DNA from: a virus | Direction: 5' to 3' (one strand) | Virus record (IMG/VR): IMGVR_UViG_3300006065_000002 | DNA: 64,000 bases | Shown here: piece by piece, positions 1 to 10,478 of the stretch | Numbering within the stretch: position 1 is the stretch's first letter | Layout: every line of letters begins with the position of its first letter | Translations under genes and position numbers: made by a program | The notes under the pieces: generated by a model | Database searches by the model: none | The model's input: the letters and a program-made list of their open reading frames with translations, nothing else | Told to the model about the DNA's origin: nothing

Positions 1-819
1 AATATTTTCTCGATCATGTTTACTTAACTTAGAAATAAGACTTAATATATCATATTTATGTTTTAATAAATCTGATTTAAAATTTTCGAAACTAAAATTT
101 TTTATTTTTAGAATTTCTTCATATATTTTATCCTTTTTTAAAAAATCTTCGAATTCTGATTTTGTTATTTTATGTGATTTCATCAAACTAGCAATTTGAG
201 TTGGTCTAGTTGCGTTTTCTATTTTTGATAAGAAATAAATTTTGTACGATAAATCATCCAATGGTTTGACATTAAATCTTATATTTCTACTTGCATCATA
301 TTCTGCTCGTTCAGGTAAAGTATCTGTTCTTTTATTATATTTTTCATATGTATGGAGAAGTTCATGTGATAAAGAACTTATAGTTTCTGCTTTATTTTTT
401 TGTAAATAGTGAATAATGTCAGTTATAGTATAAACATCATTGTTAGATAATGCAAAATCCATTTTATAATTAATTGTAGAACTGTTAACATGTAAATGAA
501 ATTGTTTTAAATTTGGTTTTTTCATTATGTTTTCAAATGAAAAAGCTAAAGAGTATAAATTGATATTTTTAACTGTAGATGAATATTTAAAAGATAAATC
601 AAAAAGAAAACTTCTAAAAATTTTATTACCAATAATAAATTTTTTATCTAAAAAGATGTGTTTATTTTTATTATTATTAATTATTTCATTTTTATCTTTA
701 AGTAGATTTATAATCAATAATTCATAAACTTCTTCTGCTACTTGTAAAATATTTTTTGGTACACCAAGAGCTTCAGATAATATTTTAATATATGTATTTT
801 CGTTAATAATAATTTTCAT
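1..819 (-). CDS. Partial ORF (runs off left edge), HExxH zincin-like protein with MKIIINE-type leader
   Basis: Manual translation from ATG at 819: MKIIINENTYIKILSE...SSLSHELLHTYE; open to position 1; absent from the ORF track. Confidence 0.7.
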   Translation of the reverse strand, partial: MKIIINENTYIKILSEALGVPKNILQVAEEVYELLIINLLKDKNEIINNNKNKHIFLDKKFIIGNKIFRSFLFDLSFKYSSTVKNINLYSLAFSFENIMKKPNLKQFHLHVNSSTINYKMDFALSNNDVYTITDIIHYLQKNKAETISSLSHELLHTYEKYNKRTDTLPERAEYDASRNIRFNVKPLDDLSYKIYFLSKIENATRPTQIASLMKSHKITKSEFEDFLKKDKIYEEILKIKNFSFENFKSDLLKHKYDILSLISKLSKHDRENI

Positions 820-820
820 G

Positions 821-1165
821 TTAAATATATTTTATCCAGTTATAATTTTTTCTTGTATTTAAATAATTTTTATTTCCATCATTTTCATAAGCTTCCCTCT
901 CAAAGGATAAAGAATAATAAGCGTTTGGTTTAAATATTAATTTTATTAACCATTCGATTAAATAAAATAAATAAAAAAACAGAATAAACATTTCTATTTG
1001 TTGTTTCCAGTGTATTTTCTCGTGATTTATAATTCTTTCATTGGTTATGTATTTTTCATCAATAAAAATACCAAATGGAGCTAAACATATCCCTGATACA
1101 TTATTAAATAAAAAGAAACGTAAAAATGGTGTTATTTTTTTTATTTTAGGTTTTAAAGTAATCAT
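821..1165 (-). CDS. Small membrane HExxH (zinc metalloprotease-like) protein
   Basis: INHEKIH motif followed by a hydrophobic helix and SFEREAY. Confidence 0.6.
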   Translation of the reverse strand: MITLKPKIKKITPFLRFFLFNNVSGICLAPFGIFIDEKYITNERIINHEKIHWKQQIEMFILFFYLFYLIEWLIKLIFKPNAYYSLSFEREAYENDGNKNYLNTRKNYNWIKYI

Positions 1166-1233
1166 ACTAATTAATATTAAAATAAATATTAGTATTTATT
1201 AATATATATATATATATATATTATAAAAAAACT

Positions 1234-2129
1234 ATGAAAAAAAAAAACATTTTTATTGGAAGAACTATTAACCGAGTTAAGTGGTGAAGAAATTTACAAT
1301 AAATATTTAATAATATACCTCGAAAAACATTTGAATCAATAGTTAAATATGATCCACAAACGAAATTTAATAATGGGGTGATTACTAAATTGGGTTCGTT
1401 TTCTAAACTTTTAATAAATTTAATAATAAAAAACAATTAAAAACTGAAGATTTACCTAGAGCATATTCGTATTTGGAATTAATATATAAACACAATATAC
1501 CTGTTGATATTTCTAAAATAAATGATTTGTCAGATTTATATGAAAAAATAGAAAATATAATAAGGAAGAATTAAAAAGTGTAAATTATGTTTTAAATAAA
1601 ATTTTTAAATAAAAACGAATATAAAATTCATTTAAATGGAATAAATTGGTATATTTTCGAACCTTTAACTGAAAAAGCATCCTGTTATCTTGGGGTAAAT
1701 ACTGAATGGTGTACTACATGGGGTATTCATTCATTAAATAAGGTTTTTAAAAATAGAAAAAGTTTATTTGAAAAATATAATCAACAAGGACCTCTATATA
1801 TCTTAATAAAAAAAGATGATAATGATGTAAAATATCAATTTCATTTTGAAAGTGATCAATTTATGAATAAAAATGATCGTATGGTAAGTGGTGAATCTTT
1901 ATTAGAAAACAATCCAGAACTAAAACTATTCTTTTTTCCGTCTTTATTTAATGAAGATGTGTTCCAAGAAGAAATAGATAAACAATACGAAAGAATAAAA
2001 ATATTGAACACAGATGACGCACTACTTTTAATTAAAAAAACTATAAATTCTATTGATCAAGTAAATAAAATAGTAAAATCAATATTAAAAAAGAATCAAC
2101 ACAAATTAAATTTAAATAATAAAAAATAA
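1234..2129 (+). pseudogene. Fragmented phage protein (WCTT-motif family)
   Basis: Coding-like pieces in different frames (LEELLTELSGEEIYNKY; EDLPRAYSYL; TEKASCYLGVNTEWCTTWG; YQFHFESDQFMNKND); only the last piece is in the ORF track. Confidence 0.55.
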
Positions 2130-2276
2130 AAACACTGGGAAAAAGTATGAAGGTAATGTTAAGGTTAAAAATATACCTAATTATGTTACAAATTATCAAT
2201 TATTTGAAAACTTTATAGTACATAAAAAATTAATTCAATAAGTTTGATATATTTATAATAAATAAATTTTAATTAA

Positions 2277-2849
2277 ATGAAAATTATATTAACTGAATCA
2301 CAAATACAAAAAATTTTGGTTGAATTATACGGAAAAAATAAAGCAGAAAGAATAATGGATATTCTTTTAGATAAAGTAAGTAATGATGGTTATGAATCAT
2401 TAAGTCCACGTGAAAAAGAAATGTTATCTAAACTATCACGTGGTGAAAATGTAGATTACGATGATGAAGAAGAAACAGAAAAATCTTTTGATGATAGTTC
2501 AGATGACGATACATTAGTAGATGATAAGAAAGAATACATTGATGATACACTATCTTTATTTTTAGACAATTTTCCAGATGGACATGAATTTAATTCTGCA
2601 GGAAGTTTATGGAAAATAAATGTAACAGATATGGATACTGGTGTTGGTTTAATAGTACATAATGAAGAAAATGAAATTGAAATAATTCCATTTGTCCAAG
2701 AAGGTAATAAAATTTTAATAACTTTTAAAGATAAAACATGGGTATTAACTATTAAAAAAATACCAAAAACAATTGATGAAATGAAAAAGTTTATAGATGA
2801 ATTTTTAAAAGGTGCTTTACCAAAAATAATAAGTCAAATTATTAAATAA
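2277..2849 (+). CDS. Hypothetical protein with MKIILTESQ leader
   Basis: 190 aa ORF; TATTTATA motif at 2250-2257. Confidence 0.8.
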   Translation: MKIILTESQIQKILVELYGKNKAERIMDILLDKVSNDGYESLSPREKEMLSKLSRGENVDYDDEEETEKSFDDSSDDDTLVDDKKEYIDDTLSLFLDNFPDGHEFNSAGSLWKINVTDMDTGVGLIVHNEENEIEIIPFVQEGNKILITFKDKTWVLTIKKIPKTIDEMKKFIDEFLKGALPKIISQIIK

Positions 2850-2867
2850 TAAATAAATATAAAAAAT

Positions 2868-3224
2868 ATGAAAAAGAAAGTTATAAAACTAACAGAGAAT
2901 GATGTTTTGAAAATAGTTAAAAAAATTATTTCCGAACAAGAAATGGATAATGTAATGCCATTTCCACCAAAAAAAGATGTACCTAAAATGGTTACTCAAC
3001 AAACTGATAATGTAAAAGTTAAATATGGTACACCAGAAAGTGTAATTAAAGCTAAAAATATCGTTAAAAAACATTTAATGATGGCCAAAGAAGCTATGCA
3101 ACAATTAACTGATATGTCTGGGGTTAATCCTGAAATTAATGGTATATGTCCTGATATTGAAAAAGTAATTGAAAAGTTTGAAAACCTATATGGTGATCCA
3201 CAACCTACAGAAAATGAAGAATAA
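2868..3224 (+). CDS. Hypothetical protein with KLTENDVLKIVKKIISE leader
   Basis: 118 aa ORF followed by a terminator. Confidence 0.8.
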   Translation: MKKKVIKLTENDVLKIVKKIISEQEMDNVMPFPPKKDVPKMVTQQTDNVKVKYGTPESVIKAKNIVKKHLMMAKEAMQQLTDMSGVNPEINGICPDIEKVIEKFENLYGDPQPTENEE

Positions 3225-3225
3225 T

Positions 3226-3257
3226 AAAAAAAAACCCACTTAAAGTGGGTTTTTTTA
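3226..3257. terminator. Bidirectional intrinsic terminator
   Basis: A-tract-AACCCAC-TTAAA-GTGGGTT-T-tract between convergent genes. Confidence 0.8.
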
Positions 3258-4082
3258 TGTTAATTCATCATATGTGTTAATATCTGTGATATCAGATATT
3301 TCGGATGTATTTGTATTTTCAACATTTTCAATAATTTCAAATGGTGTGGTTACACCTCTTTTGGATACAACAATAGATGACATATCATTAGCAAAGTTTA
3401 TTGATTCAATAACATTAGCAGTCTCAATATATTTTACAACGAAAGATGCTAAAAAAGTATCACCAGCACCACTTACATCAATTGTGTCTTTTGGTTCTTT
3501 TACATTAAAGTATTGATTCATATAAAAAGCACCTTTTTTACCTAAAGTAACAACAACTTTTGTGTCATATTTCCTTAACAATTTTTCGTTACGAGAAAAT
3601 TCCTGTTCATTTACTTTAATAAAATCAAAAGATTTAATAATTTTTTCTGTTAAATGACGTTTAGTATCAATAAATGACATTTTGGATTTTTGAGCTATTT
3701 CGTATAGTATTTTATCAGTTAAGAATCCTTTATTATAATCACTAACAATAACAATATCACTTTCATCTATAACACTCAACACTTCATTATCAAGTTCAAG
3801 TGGTAAAATTTGTGATTCACCCTCATCAATTCTCAATAACATTTGATTTGATTTATCATCAATAAATCTTGTTTTAAAGATTGGAGTATATTGATGAATT
3901 CCTCTTAACACACATTTAAGGGATAATGATTTAATATTGTTTAAAACATTAGTTGCCATTCCATTATTTTTAACCACTTGTTTTGGTACAAATACTGGTA
4001 CAGGAGCTTCTGGACATATTTTTGTTACGTCACCATATATGAATATATCCTCACAAGTTTCACCTATTACTATAATTTTCAT
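3255..4082 (-). CDS. PfkB-family sugar kinase, HldE/RfaE kinase-domain-like
   Basis: IIVIGETCEDIFIYG, PEAPVPV, SDYNKG, DVSGAGDTF motifs. Confidence 0.85.
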   Translation of the reverse strand: MKIIVIGETCEDIFIYGDVTKICPEAPVPVFVPKQVVKNNGMATNVLNNIKSLSLKCVLRGIHQYTPIFKTRFIDDKSNQMLLRIDEGESQILPLELDNEVLSVIDESDIVIVSDYNKGFLTDKILYEIAQKSKMSFIDTKRHLTEKIIKSFDFIKVNEQEFSRNEKLLRKYDTKVVVTLGKKGAFYMNQYFNVKEPKDTIDVSGAGDTFLASFVVKYIETANVIESINFANDMSSIVVSKRGVTTPFEIIENVENTNTSEISDITDINTYDELT

Positions 4083-4899
4083 CTAAATATTCTTTATATA
4101 ATTTTATTCCTTTTTCTAATGGGTATCTAGGTGCCCAACCATCCATAAACTTATATGGATCTGCACATGTATAAAATTGATAACCTTTTGGTATTTTACT
4201 TGATTTATCATGTTTAAAATCAATATTCATTAGTTGTAAAACATCTTCAAAAAGACGTGATTCACCAACACCTACATCATAAAATTTTCCTCTTAAATTA
4301 ATGTAATCGTTCAGTGCATAAATATTTGCTGATATTACATCATCCACGTATACAAAGTCTCTTTTAGGAAAACCAGGAAACAATTTAATTGGAAATTTGT
4401 TTAAATTGTTTATATACATTTGAAATGCAATTGATGACATTTTATCTTTTTTATGTTCTTCGTGTGGTCCGTAAACATTAAAATATCTTAATGCTAAACC
4501 ACCATTATTAATCACATATTGTTCAGAAACATATTTACTCCAACCATAAAGGTTTGTAGGATATCCCCTTCCTGAACCGTAACAAGCCGCAGAAGACGAA
4601 TAGATTAACGATATATTTTTTAATTTAGAAAAATCTGATATTATTTTTGTTGATTCATAATTTTTATTCATCATTATGTTAACATCAGTTTCTAATGTAT
4701 CAGTACATGCACCTACATGAAAAATAATATGAGGATTAATATCGTTTAAAAAGTTTTTAAGTTTATTTTTCCAATAAAACCCGTCAGTAAAATATTCTGA
4801 ATCTAAACCTATAATTTCATATGTTTTATCTAATGATAATGTTTTTTTAAGATTTTGTCCTATAAAACCTTTATAACCTGTTATTAATATTTTTATCAT
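4060..4899 (-). CDS. hldD: NAD-dependent epimerase, ADP-L-glycero-D-manno-heptose 6-epimerase-like
   Basis: ILITGYKGFIG, YSSSAACYG, YGWSK, RYFNVYGPHEEHK; start moved to MIKIL at 4899. Confidence 0.75.
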   Translation of the reverse strand: MIKILITGYKGFIGQNLKKTLSLDKTYEIIGLDSEYFTDGFYWKNKLKNFLNDINPHIIFHVGACTDTLETDVNIMMNKNYESTKIISDFSKLKNISLIYSSSAACYGSGRGYPTNLYGWSKYVSEQYVINNGGLALRYFNVYGPHEEHKKDKMSSIAFQMYINNLNKFPIKLFPGFPKRDFVYVDDVISANIYALNDYINLRGKFYDVGVGESRLFEDVLQLMNIDFKHDKSSKIPKGYQFYTCADPYKFMDGWAPRYPLEKGIKLYKEYLDENYSNR

Positions 4900-4909
4900 T
4901 TGTTTAATA

Positions 4910-5278
4910 TTATATTTGTGAATCTCCTTTATTAATTCTATATGAATCGTTATCAAAATGTTGTGTAGAAACTTCAAATATTTCAGTATCTTCGATAGCA
5001 ATAATTTGATGTGGTACACCAGGTCTAATTCGTATGGTATCGTTTTTAAAAAAATGTTTTTCGTTTAAATCTGCTGTTTCAGTATTTATCCATTTTAATA
5101 TGATATGACCATCTTTAATAAACCATGTTTCATCTTTTTTCATATGAAAATGCATTGATAGTTTAGCATATTGATTAAAATGTAAAATTTTAAAACAATA
5201 TTTTTCATCATTAACAAAAATTTTTTCATAACCCCAACCTTTAGTTATTATGTCAGGTGTTTTAATTTCTTCTAACAT
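4910..5278 (-). CDS. Cupin-domain protein (sugar isomerase-like)
   Basis: KGWGYE, SMHFHMKKDETW, PGVPHQ, EVSTQH motifs. Confidence 0.7.
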   Translation of the reverse strand: MLEEIKTPDIITKGWGYEKIFVNDEKYCFKILHFNQYAKLSMHFHMKKDETWFIKDGHIILKWINTETADLNEKHFFKNDTIRIRPGVPHQIIAIEDTEIFEVSTQHFDNDSYRINKGDSQI

Positions 5279-5384
5279 AAACTAAATATACATTTTTTTT
5301 TTCAAAAAAAAAAGGGGGGTATTAATACCCCTTTTAATTTTATGACCTTGTTTTATGATTTTAGTATTTTAAGTTGTGGTTGTT

Positions 5385-6146
5385 TTAATATTTAGTACCA
5401 CAGTTTGGACAGAATTTATGTGATTCTTTTTTTCTTTTAGTACCACATTGGGTACAATAAACTACTAGTGATTCTTTAAAAACTTGTTTTTGAGAGTAGG
5501 GTAATATTTTCCATTCTGATTTAAAAAAATAAAAATTTTCAAATGATGTGTAATAATATTCAAAACTTTGATTTGATACAGACCCTTTCTCAATACGACC
5601 AGTTTCAATTTTATCATCTAAATTAAAAATTTCATCTATTGATAATGATGATTGATAAAAAACCATTGGGTTTTCGTTTGTAACTGTTGGTTTCACATAA
5701 CCATATGATGCGCCAGTACCAATAGTAGTAGTAGTACCAATATTATAAACCGACGTTATTTCATTGTTTTTTATAATATTAAATTCTTTTTCTTTATAGA
5801 ATTTAACCGTTACGTTTCCATTGTTTTTAATAGCGTTTTTTACAACATCATCTTTACCACTCACGGTATATGTTTCAAAAATGAATTTTTTAGGTTCGTT
5901 AAGAAATCTTTCTAGAAATACTCGTTCACCAGGTCTTAATATTATTCCTGAAGATAGTGAAATACCATTAATTTCAATTTCACATAGTATTTTTTTAATT
6001 GTAGGATTGAAAAGTTCGATTTCAAACTCATCCCCGTTTTGTAAGTAAACAGTATTTTGGAACTGTTTAATACGAAGTTTATTCTTCGTGATGTGTGCTG
6101 TTGGTGTTTCCAACAGCACAGAATTTTTCTGATTGTAGTTTTTCAT
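5385..6146 (-). CDS. Hypothetical protein with C-terminal zinc ribbon
   Basis: CTQCG...FCPNCG at the C-terminus. Confidence 0.75.
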   Translation of the reverse strand: MKNYNQKNSVLLETPTAHITKNKLRIKQFQNTVYLQNGDEFEIELFNPTIKKILCEIEINGISLSSGIILRPGERVFLERFLNEPKKFIFETYTVSGKDDVVKNAIKNNGNVTVKFYKEKEFNIIKNNEITSVYNIGTTTTIGTGASYGYVKPTVTNENPMVFYQSSLSIDEIFNLDDKIETGRIEKGSVSNQSFEYYYTSFENFYFFKSEWKILPYSQKQVFKESLVVYCTQCGTKRKKESHKFCPNCGTKY

Positions 6147-6475
6147 AATACCTTATTTTTTTTATTTTATTATTATTATTTGATTTTCATTTTGTCGAAT
6201 TTTGTTCGACTCGAATGACTTAAAGACACATGAAAATCAACCACAAGGTCAATAATAAATATAATATAAAATTTATTTATTTTAAAGCGTTTGGATAAAT
6301 TAATTGAGTTAAATCTTATTGAAATGACCGGTGATAGAAAATGTTCTATATACAGAGCTATTGATTAGGTTAGTTCTTATATAGGACATTTTAAAGGACA
6401 ATGTGACCTATATAGAATAAACTAATCTTGGTGAATATAATTATTTTATATTTTAAAGTATTTATTAAAAAAAAG

Positions 6476-7249
6476 ATGTGGTTAAAAAAATTAATAAATA
6501 AAATTTTAGGTAAAAGTGATAATGATATCATCATTATTACACCGACATTTACACCATCATTTACACCATCATCAACGCCAATAATAACACCAACAATAAC
6601 ACCAACAATAACACCAACAATAACACCAATCACATTAGATTTTATGAGTATTAGTATAAAAAAATTAGAAGGTAATATACCTAAATCTGTTATGGAAGAA
6701 CTTTCTTCAATAATAAAATATTATGAAATAAACAATTTATTTAGACTTACACATTTTTTATCACAATGTTCACACGAGTCGGGAAACTTTAAGTTTGTAG
6801 AAGAAAATTTAAATTATTCGGCAGATGGATTAAGAAGAGTTTTTTCAAAATATTTTCCAGGTGATTTAGCAGAACAATATGCAAGACAACCACAAAAAAT
6901 TGGATCAAGGGTTTATGCTAAAAGAATGGGGAATGGTGATGAAGAATCAGGTGAAGGATATAAATATAGAGGGAGAGGTTTTATACAATGTACAGGAAAA
7001 TATAATTATCAGTTATTAAGTGAAGAATTTAACGAAGATTTTATTAAATACCCAGAACTTGTTGCAACTAAATATCCATTATCATCTGCGGGATGGTTTT
7101 TTAAAAGAAACAATATTTTACCCATTTGTGACATGGGTGATACATATGAAATTGTTAAACGTGTTACAAAAATGGTAAACGGGGGTTTTAACGGTTTAGA
7201 TGATAGATGGAATAAATTTCAATATTTTTATAATATATTAAAAAAATAA
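6476..7249 (+). CDS. GH19 chitinase-like endolysin with N-terminal Pro/Thr linker
   Basis: HFLSQCSHESG, ENLNYS, YRGRGFIQCTG, VNGGFNGLDDR; likely start MWLKK at 6476. Confidence 0.9.
   Translation: MWLKKLINKILGKSDNDIIIITPTFTPSFTPSSTPIITPTITPTITPTITPITLDFMSISIKKLEGNIPKSVMEELSSIIKYYEINNLFRLTHFLSQCSHESGNFKFVEENLNYSADGLRRVFSKYFPGDLAEQYARQPQKIGSRVYAKRMGNGDEESGEGYKYRGRGFIQCTGKYNYQLLSEEFNEDFIKYPELVATKYPLSSAGWFFKRNNILPICDMGDTYEIVKRVTKMVNGGFNGLDDRWNKFQYFYNILKK
6536..6632 (+). repeat. 12-bp tandem repeats encoding PTIT/PSFT
   Basis: acaccaacaata repeats. Confidence 0.85.
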
Positions 7250-7266
7250 AGGAACATAATGTTCCT

Positions 7267-8928
7267 TTAAATTTTTATAGAATTTTTAATAAATTCGTCA
7301 CCTAATTCTTTTGTATAAAAATTTCCTCTTGGTTTTTTATTGAAAAATTGTTCTGAAGAAATAATCCAGTAAAAATAATCATTATCATATGATGAAACAT
7401 GTTTAAATACAAAATATGTTTTAGAATTATTTTGTAAAATAACATATTTTTCTCTTTTATATTGTAAATTTTTTATCCATTCTAAATTTTCAATATTAAT
7501 TACACCATAATAATTATATCTATTTTTAAACATTCTAATATTACCTTTATCAGAAACAAAATCATTTATTAAATTAAGTTTCAACATGCTAGCTTTTATG
7601 GTGTAAACACCGCTTTTGATTCCTAGTTGTCTTTTTAACACACTTTCGTTTAAAAATTTAAATAAAGATGGAATTTCATTAATTGTATTTAATAATCTAT
7701 ATGGGTCTGATGAATCTTTACAAACGAAACGTGTTTTATAATCTTCAAGTGTTGTTTTAGCAATATACATATGTTGTAAATCTTTAGGTAATGAAAGAAA
7801 TACACGACTGGATTGAATAAGTCTATTATTTTCAATATATAATCGTTGTATACTTTTAGGTTGAATAGCCAAATCGTTTGGTGATCTATATGTAAGATCA
7901 ATATTGTCTAATGATTGACCGATACGTTCTTTTCTTGTTGGTTTAAAAGGTATTATTTGGTTTTTTACCTTTTTTAAAGATGGCCATTTATTAATTAAAT
8001 CATTCCACGTTTTATTTGGTTCTGAAGACGGACTATTTTCTCTTCTGGTTATTATATAGGTGTTAGTATTATAAAAGTCGTTTTCAACATATATTGCAGA
8101 AACAAATTCATTAAATGATTCTGGTTTTGTTTGGTCTAAAATAAAATAAAAACTTTTTGTTGTACGGTAACTATTATATAAATTAGTACCATCATTATGT
8201 CCTCGAGTAATACACCATTTGGTTCCACCGTATTTCCCAACTAATATGTGTTGTAATCTACCTAAAGCAATTGATTCTTCTTTACTTTCAACTCTTATTA
8301 ATATTACACCATGTTCATCAATAAGTTTTTGACTACTAGGAAAATTTTTCCATATATTAATTGCGCTTGCTAATTTTTGTTCATATGTAATACCATCAAT
8401 TGTATCATCAATTTCAATAATAGCTTCAGTTTCAGAAAATCTATCAATAAAATATTCCAATTCTTCCCAACTATATTGTGTAATATCTTTTAATTTTTGA
8501 ATATCTTCGGATGGGAAATCAGGAAAACGTTGTTTAAAAGATATTATTTCAGGTATATTATGTGGATCAGGATTAGTAACTGTTCCTTTAAAAGGTCTTA
8601 AATTATTTTTTCTACCATTAAAAAAGATAATTGAATTATCTATTTCTTGTAATGTTAAACCTGGTCTTTCATTTAACCATTTTTGAATTGTTATTTTTAT
8701 TGGATTACTCCATTGTTGAGGTGTATACCTTATATCTTCTGGTTCATCATCAACTGGGTCATCATCAACTGGTTCATCATCAACTGGTTCATCATCAACT
8801 GGTTCATCATCAACTGGTTCATCATCAACTGGTTCATCATCAACTGGTTGAATATCATTTTCAGGATCAATTTGTTCTAATAAATCCTTATTTTTTGATA
8901 GTTCTAATAATATGTTTTTAAATTTCAT
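7267..8928 (-). CDS. Large hypothetical protein (WCIT-motif family) with acidic PVDDE repeats
   Basis: 553 aa; GGTKWCITRG; MKFKNILLE leader; TATAAATA on + at 8935-8942. Confidence 0.8.
   Translation of the reverse strand: MKFKNILLELSKNKDLLEQIDPENDIQPVDDEPVDDEPVDDEPVDDEPVDDEPVDDDPVDDEPEDIRYTPQQWSNPIKITIQKWLNERPGLTLQEIDNSIIFFNGRKNNLRPFKGTVTNPDPHNIPEIISFKQRFPDFPSEDIQKLKDITQYSWEELEYFIDRFSETEAIIEIDDTIDGITYEQKLASAINIWKNFPSSQKLIDEHGVILIRVESKEESIALGRLQHILVGKYGGTKWCITRGHNDGTNLYNSYRTTKSFYFILDQTKPESFNEFVSAIYVENDFYNTNTYIITRRENSPSSEPNKTWNDLINKWPSLKKVKNQIIPFKPTRKERIGQSLDNIDLTYRSPNDLAIQPKSIQRLYIENNRLIQSSRVFLSLPKDLQHMYIAKTTLEDYKTRFVCKDSSDPYRLLNTINEIPSLFKFLNESVLKRQLGIKSGVYTIKASMLKLNLINDFVSDKGNIRMFKNRYNYYGVINIENLEWIKNLQYKREKYVILQNNSKTYFVFKHVSSYDNDYFYWIISSEQFFNKKPRGNFYTKELGDEFIKNSIKI
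8741..8848 (-). repeat. 15-bp tandem repeat x7 (PVDDE)
   Basis: ggttcatcatcaact units. Confidence 0.95.
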
Positions 8929-8945
8929 GGTTTTTATAAATATTA

Positions 8946-9269
8946 TTAAAATAGATTACCAAACCCGCCCATTTTTTTCTTTCTACATTGATTATAAAGG
9001 TTTTTATCTTCGGGTGACATTTTATTCATAGTCATTTCACCCCATATTCCATCTTGTGGGTCAACTTTTAATAATGCTTGATATTGAAGTATAGCTTTTT
9101 GTGTTTGTTCACCAACAATACCGTCCTCTTTCAATGGTGGATTTAATTTAAGTTTTTTATTTAAGAAACATTGGACTACCATATTCCATTTTCTCATTTC
9201 TTGATCTTCCATTATTAAACTATTAACAATGGTTTTCATTTGACTTTCTGTAAAAATATATTTTTTCAT
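8946..9269 (-). CDS. Peptidoglycan-binding-domain protein
   Basis: LKEDGIVGEQTQKAILQYQ...DGIWGEMT. Confidence 0.75.
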   Translation of the reverse strand: MKKYIFTESQMKTIVNSLIMEDQEMRKWNMVVQCFLNKKLKLNPPLKEDGIVGEQTQKAILQYQALLKVDPQDGIWGEMTMNKMSPEDKNLYNQCRKKKMGGFGNLF

Positions 9270-9270
9270 A

Positions 9271-9582
9271 TTATTTAGTATTTGGTTTAATAAATTTATG
9301 TTTTAATTGAAAATTCTCTTTTTCTAAGAATTCAACTTTAACTCTTAATTCAGAAACTTCACCAGTTAACGTTAGAATTTGTTGGCGCATCAATTCTTTA
9401 TCTGTAGAAGATTTTTCCAACATCTGTTCTAATTTTGTAATTCGTTTAGTACAGTCATCTTTAAGAAAATTTTCGTTTTTTTCTTTCAATTGTGCTTTTT
9501 TTTCATAAAATCTCCATGCTCCTGCTGATCCAAAAACCGTTATTATGGTAATTAATACTGTATAAATTGATGAAATCTCCAT
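9271..9582 (-). CDS. Single-TM coiled-coil protein (holin-like)
   Basis: N-terminal TM helix (VLITIITVFGSAGAW) followed by a coiled coil. Confidence 0.5.
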   Translation of the reverse strand: MEISSIYTVLITIITVFGSAGAWRFYEKKAQLKEKNENFLKDDCTKRITKLEQMLEKSSTDKELMRQQILTLTGEVSELRVKVEFLEKENFQLKHKFIKPNTK

Positions 9583-9935
9583 TATTTCTTTTCGTTATTA
9601 ACCATTTTATTTTTTTCTATCTTTAACTTTTTTTTGTTAGATAATTCTTTCAATGAATTAAAGTTATGATAAATATCTTTTAATAATCCAGCTAATTCAT
9701 AATTTTCACTTTTTTCGTTCTTTTTCCATAAAATATTTATAAAAGATAAAATATCTTCATCTACTAGTTTAGTATTAACGTTAATTGAATTATAAATTAA
9801 TTTTAAAACTGTATATTGTAATGCCACTTTTTTATCAGGTAAAATATCAAAATAATTTTTTACTATAAATTGTGACATTATATTGTTAGTAATTGTTTCT
9901 AAAAAAGTAATAAAAGACGGATGATTGAAATTCAT
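9582..9935 (-). CDS. Hypothetical protein
   Basis: 117 aa ORF, coupled to the next gene. Confidence 0.7.
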   Translation of the reverse strand: MNFNHPSFITFLETITNNIMSQFIVKNYFDILPDKKVALQYTVLKLIYNSINVNTKLVDEDILSFINILWKKNEKSENYELAGLLKDIYHNFNSLKELSNKKKLKIEKNKMVNNEKK

Positions 9936-10037
9936 TTTAACTTTAATTTTAATATAAATAGTTTATTAATACATAATATTAAAAAAAAAAGGATAAAATC
10001 TATTAATTTTATCCTTTTCTAAAAAAGAGATCAACAT

Positions 10038-10397
10038 CTATTTTCCCCATTTACCCCTAGATACTATTTGAGCAATTATTCCATATACAGAAACGTCTGA
10101 ATATGTGTCTTGTACTGATTCACCAACAAGATCTTCATTACCAAGTAAAACTAATTGTTTTAAACGATTTATTTTATCGTTCATTCTAAACCATAAACCA
10201 GTTAAGGATAGTTTTTGTTCTTCTTGTGTTTCACATTTAGTACCTACAGATATATTTTCCGGACCATAATTTAATTGTTTTCTACAAAATAAATCATATT
10301 GTTCTCTCATAATTTTTTTGAACTCTTTTGTAGTTTCTGGATATTTTTCCTCACACAATTCAATTGAACTTTTTTTTGTTTTTAATTCTTCTGACAT
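10038..10397 (-). CDS. DUF1599 / nucleotide-modification-associated domain protein
   Basis: KQLNYGPENI, RMNDKINRL, DTYSDVSVYGII. Confidence 0.6.
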   Translation of the reverse strand: MSEELKTKKSSIELCEEKYPETTKEFKKIMREQYDLFCRKQLNYGPENISVGTKCETQEEQKLSLTGLWFRMNDKINRLKQLVLLGNEDLVGESVQDTYSDVSVYGIIAQIVSRGKWGK

Positions 10398-10478
10398 AAT
10401 ATTTTTTTATTAATATAAAATATAACAAAAAGTTTCAACATTTCCAAATATTTATTAAATAAAAATAAATAATTAAAA

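Noticed and set aside
1198-1224. (TA)n microsatellite
   Set aside because: Low-complexity intergenic run in a very AT-rich genome with no supporting context.
6391-6633. Minus-strand (IVGV)n ORF
   Set aside because: Antisense of the PTIT linker in the endolysin.
8631-8921. Plus-strand LVHHQ/FIINW repeat ORFs
   Set aside because: Antisense frames of the PVDDE repeat.
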